29,825 bases of DNA from Myxococcales bacterium. GTDB taxonomy: Bacteria; Myxococcota_A; Polyangia; Polyangiales; Polyangiaceae. The stretch lies in NCBI GenBank assembly GCA_043747615.1, contig JAYTOU010000067.1:1-29825 (forward strand), in the 5' to 3' direction. Positions 24,121 through 29,825 of the stretch are shown one piece after another. The notes below the pieces were generated by a model. It saw only the letters and a program-made list of their open reading frames with translations, made no database searches and was not told the DNA's origin. Position 1 is the first letter of the stretch, and each line of letters opens with the position of its first letter. The position numbers were made by a program, and so were the translations under genes.

Positions 24121-25704
24121 ATGACCTCGCGCAATCTGGCTGATGCCGTGAAATCGTCCGGCTATACCCCGGCCGCCCGCGACGGGGCTGCGCTCATCGC
24201 GCTGCTCGCCGAAGAGGACGACGAGATCGCTCTCGGAGCGGAGCGGGCGCTGGCGCGGCTCGGTGAAAAATTGGTCGGGCTCGCCGAACGAGCGTTGAAA
24301 GAAGCTGTGCCGCGAGTGCGCGCGCGCCTCTGCCGAGCCATCGCGCGCGTAGTCCCCCTCGGCGACGCCGAGACGAAATATTTGATCCTTTCGCTCGACG
24401 ACGAAGATCCGAAGACGCGTCGGAACGCGGTGATTGCCCTCGGAAAGGTGCGCGCGGAGCACGTAGAGGCGGCGCTGCTCGCCGCGTGGGATCGAGAAAA
24501 ACGGGTCGACCATCTGCGGAGCCTGGCCGCATCGCTCGGCAAAGTCGGCTCCGAGAAAGCGCTCTCCCGATTGAGCTCGCTTCCCGTAGATGATCCTGAG
24601 CTCGCCAGGATCGCCTCGCAATCCGTGCTCATTCTTGCGCGCACGCTTCATCGCGGCTCCCCGAGCGCCATCGACGGAAGCAAGCCTCCGCCCCGCCCCG
24701 TCCCTCTTGTCTTTCGCTGCCGCTCCGGTCTCGAGCCGATCCTGGAGTCCGAGCTCGGAGCGGATTGGAAACCGCGCGTCGCCGGCAAAGGGGAAGTGCA
24801 CGCCACTCTCAGCGGGCCGCTCGATGGCGCGTTCGTCGCGCGCACAGCGCTCGAATTTGCGCTGCTCCTTCCCTCGGTAAAGGTCCCGAAGGCGAGCACG
24901 CCCGCGGCCGCGACCGAAGCCATTGCCGAGGCGCTCACGTCGCCGGACGCACGCTTGGTCTTCGACACCTGGACCCAAGGGGAGGTGCGCTACCGCATCG
25001 CCTGGGCGAAGGGTGGTCATCGTCGCGCCGACGTGTGGCGGGTGGCGAAGCGGGTCTCAGAGCTCGCGCCCGAGCTGGTGAACGACCCCACCGAGAGCAC
25101 CTGGGAAGTTCTCGTGCAGGAGCTTCCCGAAAAGTTACGAATCGAGATTTCCCCAAGAAAACTAGTGGATCCACGATTCACGTACCGCGAACGCGACGTC
25201 CCGGCGGCGTCGCATCCCACGCTTGCCGCCGCCCTTGCGCGCATCGCGGGAAGCCGCGCCGACGACGTCGTGTGGGATCCGTTCGTCGGCTCGGCGACCG
25301 ATCTCATCGAACGCGCGAGGCTCGGCGCATACCGCGAGCTGCACGGGAGCGACATCGACTCCGCCGCTCTCGACGCCGCTCGCGCCAACCTGAAGCTTGC
25401 CGGTGTCCACGCCGAGCTCACCATCGCCGACGCGTGCACGCATGCGCCGCGCGGAGTCACCTTGATCCTGACGAACCCGCCAATGGGTCATCGCGTTCTT
25501 CGTCACGCGAATCTCGCCGAGCTCCTCGAGCGCTTCATCGCGCACGCGGCCGCTACCCTCGCACCCGCAGGGCGCTTGGTCTGGATCTCTCCGATGGGCG
25601 AGCGCACCAAGGCCTGGGGTCACCGCGCCGGTCTCGGCCTCGAGTTGGCCCACGATGTCGATATGGGCGGATTTACGGCACAGATCCAGGTGCTGCGAAA
25701 ATAG
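24121..25704 (+). CDS. HEAT-repeat / SAM-dependent methyltransferase fusion (RlmL/Trm14-like catalytic domain)
   Basis: N-terminal HEAT-like repeats (LDDEDPKTRRNAVIALGK). C-terminal motifs HPTLAAALA, WDPFVGSAT, GSDID and TNPPMG. Confidence 0.85.
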   Translation: MTSRNLADAVKSSGYTPAARDGAALIALLAEEDDEIALGAERALARLGEKLVGLAERALKEAVPRVRARLCRAIARVVPLGDAETKYLILSLDDEDPKTRRNAVIALGKVRAEHVEAALLAAWDREKRVDHLRSLAASLGKVGSEKALSRLSSLPVDDPELARIASQSVLILARTLHRGSPSAIDGSKPPPRPVPLVFRCRSGLEPILESELGADWKPRVAGKGEVHATLSGPLDGAFVARTALEFALLLPSVKVPKASTPAAATEAIAEALTSPDARLVFDTWTQGEVRYRIAWAKGGHRRADVWRVAKRVSELAPELVNDPTESTWEVLVQELPEKLRIEISPRKLVDPRFTYRERDVPAASHPTLAAALARIAGSRADDVVWDPFVGSATDLIERARLGAYRELHGSDIDSAALDAARANLKLAGVHAELTIADACTHAPRGVTLILTNPPMGHRVLRHANLAELLERFIAHAAATLAPAGRLVWISPMGERTKAWGHRAGLGLELAHDVDMGGFTAQIQVLRK

Positions 25705-25728
25705 TCCAACTTCGGATAACGTCTACCC

Positions 25729-26136
25729 ATGGCCGCGTGTGGAAAGTGCGGAGGCGAGCTCCCTTCGGCCGGTCGCTTCTGCGGCTTGTGCGGCGCTCCC
25801 GTAGAGTCGCTTCCGTCGGCCGCCGTCGTTCACGGGACCGCAGACACGGATCCGCTCGCGAGGACCGCGCCGGCGGATCCCAAAGTCATCGCGGAGATCC
25901 GTTTGGCGATGGATGCCGCACGCGAGAGCGGGAAACCGCAGGCGCGCGCCGTCGTTGCTCCGACGGTCAACGATCTCGTCATGGTCCCTGAGCCGGGGGC
26001 CAAGGTCCACGTCGCGTGGGACGATGGCAACACGTACCCCGGAACGGTAAAGCGTTCCTCGACGGAGCAATGCCTGGTCATCTTTCCCGATGGGCAGGAG
26101 ACGTGGGTCGACCTTCGTCGGGTGACGCCGGCGTAG
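25729..26136 (+). CDS. Zinc-ribbon plus Tudor-like domain protein
   Basis: N-terminal CGKC-x10-CGLC; C-terminal PGAKVHVAWDDGNTYPGTV...CLVIFPDGQETWV matches a Tudor/Agenet pattern. Confidence 0.8.
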   Translation: MAACGKCGGELPSAGRFCGLCGAPVESLPSAAVVHGTADTDPLARTAPADPKVIAEIRLAMDAARESGKPQARAVVAPTVNDLVMVPEPGAKVHVAWDDGNTYPGTVKRSSTEQCLVIFPDGQETWVDLRRVTPA

Positions 26137-26147
26137 GACGTCGACCG

Positions 26148-26597
26148 ATGGACTATCCAAAGATGACAGCGGTCGATCCGGAAACTCTCCGAGACCTGAT
26201 GGAGGGATGGATTCCCTTCAACAAGTTCCTGGGAATGAAGGTGGTCGAGATCCGAAAATCATTCGCCCGCATCGAGCTTCCATTTCGCGAAGAGTTCATC
26301 GGCGATCCCGTGCGGCGCGCGCTCCACGGCGGCGTTCTCAGCACGATGGCAGACACTGCGGGAGGTCTCGCCGTCTGGAGCGAGCTGCCCGACGACCGGG
26401 GGCGCGTGTCCACGATCGATCTCCGCGTCGACTATCTCCGGCCGGGCAAACCAGAGCTTCTCGCCGCGGAAGCGCAGATCGTACGGCAGGGAAATCGCGT
26501 AGGCGTCGCCGACGTCCGCCTCTTCCATCCGTCCGCGCCGAGCGAAACGGTGGCAACGGGGAAGGGCGTCTACAACATCTTTCTGGCCAAGACCTGA
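26148..26597 (+). CDS. PaaI-family hotdog-fold thioesterase
   Basis: Motifs PFNKFLG, ALHGGVLSTMAD and STIDLRVDYLRP. Start ATG 26148 or 26163. Confidence 0.9.
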   Translation: MDYPKMTAVDPETLRDLMEGWIPFNKFLGMKVVEIRKSFARIELPFREEFIGDPVRRALHGGVLSTMADTAGGLAVWSELPDDRGRVSTIDLRVDYLRPGKPELLAAEAQIVRQGNRVGVADVRLFHPSAPSETVATGKGVYNIFLAKT

Positions 26598-26643
26598 AGG
26601 CGCCTACCGCCCCACGCCCGACGGTACTCCTTGTACAGCCGGT

Positions 26644-28038
26644 CTAGGCTTGGCCTTCCGTCATGCCCGACACCGAGGTGCGAGCGAGGTAATCGATGAG
26701 ATCGATCTTCGTCACGATCCCCACGACCTCTTCTTTTTCGATCACGATCGCCACCTTGGCCTCGGCGAGCACGCCTTGCAGAAGCTCTATTTTGGTGTCG
26801 AGTGTCACCGTGGCGTAGTCACCTTCGATCAGCTCGCCGATCGACGAATCGAGGGTATTTCGGCCGGAAACGAGGTGACGCAGCAGGTCGACCTCACCGA
26901 CGATTCCCTTCAGCTTTCCATGTTCGACCACCGGCAATTGGCTGATACCAAGTGTCTTCAGTTGATCGATCACCTCGCGAACCTTGGAGTTCGGTGAGGC
27001 GGTGACGATCTTTCGCTTCTGCGAGCTGCCGATGATGTCGCGCACGACGCCGAGGCCAGGTTGCTCCTCGAGAAAGCCGTTTTCGCGCATCCAGTCGTCG
27101 TTGAAAATCTTGGAAACGTATTTTGTTCCCGCGTCGCACAGAAAGACCAAAATCTTTTCCCGCTTCTGCCGGGCCTTGGCGTACTTGATCGCTCCGGCCA
27201 CCGCCGCGCCTCCCGAGCCGCCCACGAAGAGCCCCTCGAGGCGCGTGAGATCGCGGGTCATGAGGAAGCACTCCTTGTCGTCGACGCGCACGATCTCGTC
27301 CAAGATCCCGAGGTTCATGGTGGTCGGGAAGAAGTCTTCGCCGATGCCTTCCACCTTGTACGAGAAGGGTTTGGTGACCCGGCCGCTCTTGACGAAATCG
27401 TAATAGAGCGAGCCCACTGGATCGACGCCCACGATTTGGATGTTCGAGTTGCGCTCCTTAAAATATTTTCCGGCTCCGCTGATGGTTCCGCCGGTGCCCA
27501 TTCCGGCGACGAACGTGTCGAAGTCACCGTTCGTTTGCACCCAGATCTCCGGGCCGGTGGAGAGGTAGTGCGCCTCGGGATTTGCCGGGTTGTGGTACTG
27601 GTTTGCGTAAAAGCTGTCCGGCGTTTCGTCGGCGATGCGACGCGAGACTTTGTAGTAGCTGCGCGGGTCCTCGGCATCGACCGCCGTCGGGCACACGACC
27701 ACCTTCGCGCCGAATGCTCGGAGGTTCGAGATCTTCTCCTGGCTCATCTTGTCGGGCATCACGAAGACGCACTTGTAGCCGCGCACGGCCGCGATGAGCG
27801 CTAGCGAGGCCCCGGTGTTACCGCTCGTCGCCTCTACGATGGTGCCGCCGGGCTTGAGCCCCTGCTCTTCGGCGCGGCGGAGCAAATTCGCAGCGAGCCT
27901 ATCCTTGTGGCTCCCGCCGGGATTCAGGTACTCGCATTTGACGTAAATCTCGGCCTCCAGGCCCAACGCCACGCGATTCAGCTTCACGATCGGCGTGTTT
28001 CCAACGGCCTGGGTGATGTTTTCGAGCGCTCCGTGCAT
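26644..28038 (-). CDS. Cystathionine beta-synthase with C-terminal CBS domains
   Basis: Motifs GNTP, KCEYLNPGGSHKDR (PLP Lys), EATSGNTG, GMGTGGT and VEGIGED, plus a CBS pair. GGAGG lies 5 nt before ATG 28038. Confidence 0.92.
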   Translation of the reverse strand: MHGALENITQAVGNTPIVKLNRVALGLEAEIYVKCEYLNPGGSHKDRLAANLLRRAEEQGLKPGGTIVEATSGNTGASLALIAAVRGYKCVFVMPDKMSQEKISNLRAFGAKVVVCPTAVDAEDPRSYYKVSRRIADETPDSFYANQYHNPANPEAHYLSTGPEIWVQTNGDFDTFVAGMGTGGTISGAGKYFKERNSNIQIVGVDPVGSLYYDFVKSGRVTKPFSYKVEGIGEDFFPTTMNLGILDEIVRVDDKECFLMTRDLTRLEGLFVGGSGGAAVAGAIKYAKARQKREKILVFLCDAGTKYVSKIFNDDWMRENGFLEEQPGLGVVRDIIGSSQKRKIVTASPNSKVREVIDQLKTLGISQLPVVEHGKLKGIVGEVDLLRHLVSGRNTLDSSIGELIEGDYATVTLDTKIELLQGVLAEAKVAIVIEKEEVVGIVTKIDLIDYLARTSVSGMTEGQA

Positions 28039-28057
28039 CATGGCCTCCGGAGATACG

Positions 28058-28960
28058 ATGCGACCCGTAGGCATTGCAAGGAGCAGCGCGCTAACTCTTC
28101 CCACCAAAGCGGGAACCGGCGTGGTCGTCCTGGGGGACAACCTCCCGATTCTTCGCACCCTGCCGCCCGAATCGGTGGACCTCATCTACATCGATCCGCC
28201 GTTCAACACCGGTCGAGCGCAGGAGCGGACCACGCTGAAGACGGTCCGGTCTCTCGAGGGCGATCGCACGGGATTCCAAGGGCGCCGATATGCAACGACC
28301 GAGGTCGCCCGCCGGAGCTTCGGGGACACCTTCGAGGACTACCTCGGATTTTTGGAGCCGCGCCTCCGTGAAGCGCACCGGGTTCTCAAGCCCACCGGCA
28401 GCCTCTACTTTCACATCGACTACCGCGAGGTCCACTACTGCAAGGTGCTCCTCGATGGGATCTTCGGCCGCCGAGCGTTCTTGAACGAGATCATCTGGGC
28501 GTACGACTACGGCGCGCGCACCAAGAAAAAGTGGCCTGCCAAGCACGACAACATTCTTCTCTACGCAAAAGATCCCGAGAAGTATTTCTTCGATGTGGAG
28601 AGCATCGATCGCATTCCGTACATGGCGCCGGGGCTCGTGGGGCCGGAGAAAGCGGCCCGCGGAAAGCTACCGACCGACACCTGGTGGCACACCATCGTGA
28701 GTCCGACGGGTCACGAGAAGACCGGCTACCCCACGCAGAAGCCGCTCGGCATCCTCGAGCGCATCGTCAAGGTGCATTCGTCGCCGGGAATGCAGCTGGG
28801 CGACTTCTTCGCGGGAAGCGGGTCGTTCGGCGACGCCGCCGATCGCCTCGGTCGTGATGTGGTGCTGATCGACAACAATCCCGCGGCGATCGACGTCATG
28901 CGGCGTCGTTTCGCCGCCCGGGATGTTCGCCTTCCTACTCCCCTTGCCCGGCCCGCTTAA
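28058..28960 (+). CDS. Site-specific DNA methyltransferase (N6-A/N4-C, beta-class motif order), orphan
   Basis: DLIYIDPPF precedes YPTQKP and DFFAGSGS. Start uncertain (ATG 28058 or GTG 28121). Confidence 0.92.
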   Translation: MRPVGIARSSALTLPTKAGTGVVVLGDNLPILRTLPPESVDLIYIDPPFNTGRAQERTTLKTVRSLEGDRTGFQGRRYATTEVARRSFGDTFEDYLGFLEPRLREAHRVLKPTGSLYFHIDYREVHYCKVLLDGIFGRRAFLNEIIWAYDYGARTKKKWPAKHDNILLYAKDPEKYFFDVESIDRIPYMAPGLVGPEKAARGKLPTDTWWHTIVSPTGHEKTGYPTQKPLGILERIVKVHSSPGMQLGDFFAGSGSFGDAADRLGRDVVLIDNNPAAIDVMRRRFAARDVRLPTPLARPA

Positions 28961-29825
28961 TGACTCGCATCGCCAACGCCGACACCACGCACCACCTCGC
29001 CACCCTCGCGGTACACGCGGGCCAGCGTCCGGATCCCCTGTCCGGTGCCGTGATGCCGCCGATCTACCAGACCTCGACGTACGTGCAGGATGGCCTCGGG
29101 CGGCCGCACAACGGCTACGAATACGCCCGCACACGCAATCCGACTCGCGAAGCATGGGAAGCCAACCTCGCCGCGCTCGAAGGCGGCACCGACGCCTTCG
29201 CATTCGCCTCCGGCCTCGCCGCGCTCGACACCGTCCTGAAGCTGCTCTCCTCGGGCGATCACGTCGTCGTGGGCAACAACATCTACGGTGGCAGTCACCG
29301 CCAGATGGAACGGATCTACGAGCGGTTCGGCCTGACATTTTCGTTCGTCGACATGCGGAACATCAAGAATGTCGAAACGGCGATCCGGCCGAACACCCGG
29401 ATGCTGTTCTGCGAGACACCGTCGAACCCGATGATGTTCCTGGCCGATCTTCGCGCCCTCGGCGACCTGGCGCAGGCGCTCGGCGTGCTGCTGGTGACCG
29501 ACAACACGTTCGCGACGCCCATGCTGAAACGCCCGCTCGCATTGGGCGCCGATATCGTGCTGCATTCGACCACCAAATACCTCAACGGGCACTCGGACCT
29601 GATTGCGGGCGTGCTGGTGACGCGCGACAAGAACGATTTCTGGCAACGGATCAAGACCATCCGGGCGCAGGTCGGCGGCACCCTCGGCTCGTTTGAAGCC
29701 TGGCTGTTGTTGCGCGGCATGCGCACCTTGTACCTGCGCGTGCGGGCGGCGTCCGATTCGGCGCAGCGTATCGCGGAACATTTCGCCGGTCACAAGCTGG
29801 TTCGGGAGGTTCTTTATCCGGGCCT
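28960..29825 (+). CDS. Cystathionine gamma-lyase/gamma-synthase (Cys/Met metabolism PLP enzyme), truncated by the right edge
   Basis: Not in the ORF track. Starts at a TAATG overlap: MTRIANAD...AVHAGQRPDPLSGAVMPPIYQTSTY...YARTRNPTR...FASGLAA...ETPSNP...DNTFATP...HSTTKYLNGHSD...LRGMRTL...VLYPG. Confidence 0.94.
   Translation, partial: MTRIANADTTHHLATLAVHAGQRPDPLSGAVMPPIYQTSTYVQDGLGRPHNGYEYARTRNPTREAWEANLAALEGGTDAFAFASGLAALDTVLKLLSSGDHVVVGNNIYGGSHRQMERIYERFGLTFSFVDMRNIKNVETAIRPNTRMLFCETPSNPMMFLADLRALGDLAQALGVLLVTDNTFATPMLKRPLALGADIVLHSTTKYLNGHSDLIAGVLVTRDKNDFWQRIKTIRAQVGGTLGSFEAWLLLRGMRTLYLRVRAASDSAQRIAEHFAGHKLVREVLYPG

Noticed and set aside
24765..25991. 408-aa alternative-frame ORF
   Set aside because: Arg-rich off-frame shadow overlapping two supported genes.
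28058..28960. Restriction-modification or defence island
   Set aside because: No endonuclease, specificity subunit or other defence gene nearby; both flanks are sulfur-metabolism genes.
28957..29793. 278-aa minus-strand ORF and 257-aa plus-strand ORF (28923-29696)
   Set aside because: Shadows of the real cystathionine gamma-lyase/synthase frame starting at 28960.

Overview
GC-rich bacterial window, probably from a myxobacterium (Polyangiales-like). This is inferred from the giant TPR protein, the many lipoproteins and the sigma54-type motifs; no marker gene is present. Two real genes are missing from the supplied ORF track because they run off the window edges: a >=3819-aa minus-strand TPR-like solenoid protein filling 1-11457, and a cystathionine gamma-lyase/synthase starting at 28960. 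Between them, in order: a CLC-CBS anion transporter, amidohydrolase and class I/II aminotransferase (-); a catalytically degenerate alpha/beta-hydrolase lipoprotein, dinB and two exported hypotheticals (+); a diheme cytochrome c lipoprotein (-); a run of ALDH, deoxynucleoside kinase, HEAT-methyltransferase, zinc-ribbon/Tudor protein and PaaI thioesterase (+); cystathionine beta-synthase (-); and an orphan DNA methyltransferase (+). The most unusual signal is the 20130-20556 intergenic unit. It has a sigma54-like promoter, ~245 nt closed by a 21-bp near-perfect inverted repeat with internal hairpins, and a U-rich tail, so it is a candidate new sRNA or fold-back mRNA. Other leads are the methyltransferase-Tudor pair, the pseudo-hydrolase, several apparently leaderless genes and a possibly chimeric right end. 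I recognised no rRNA, tRNA, CRISPR array or transposase.
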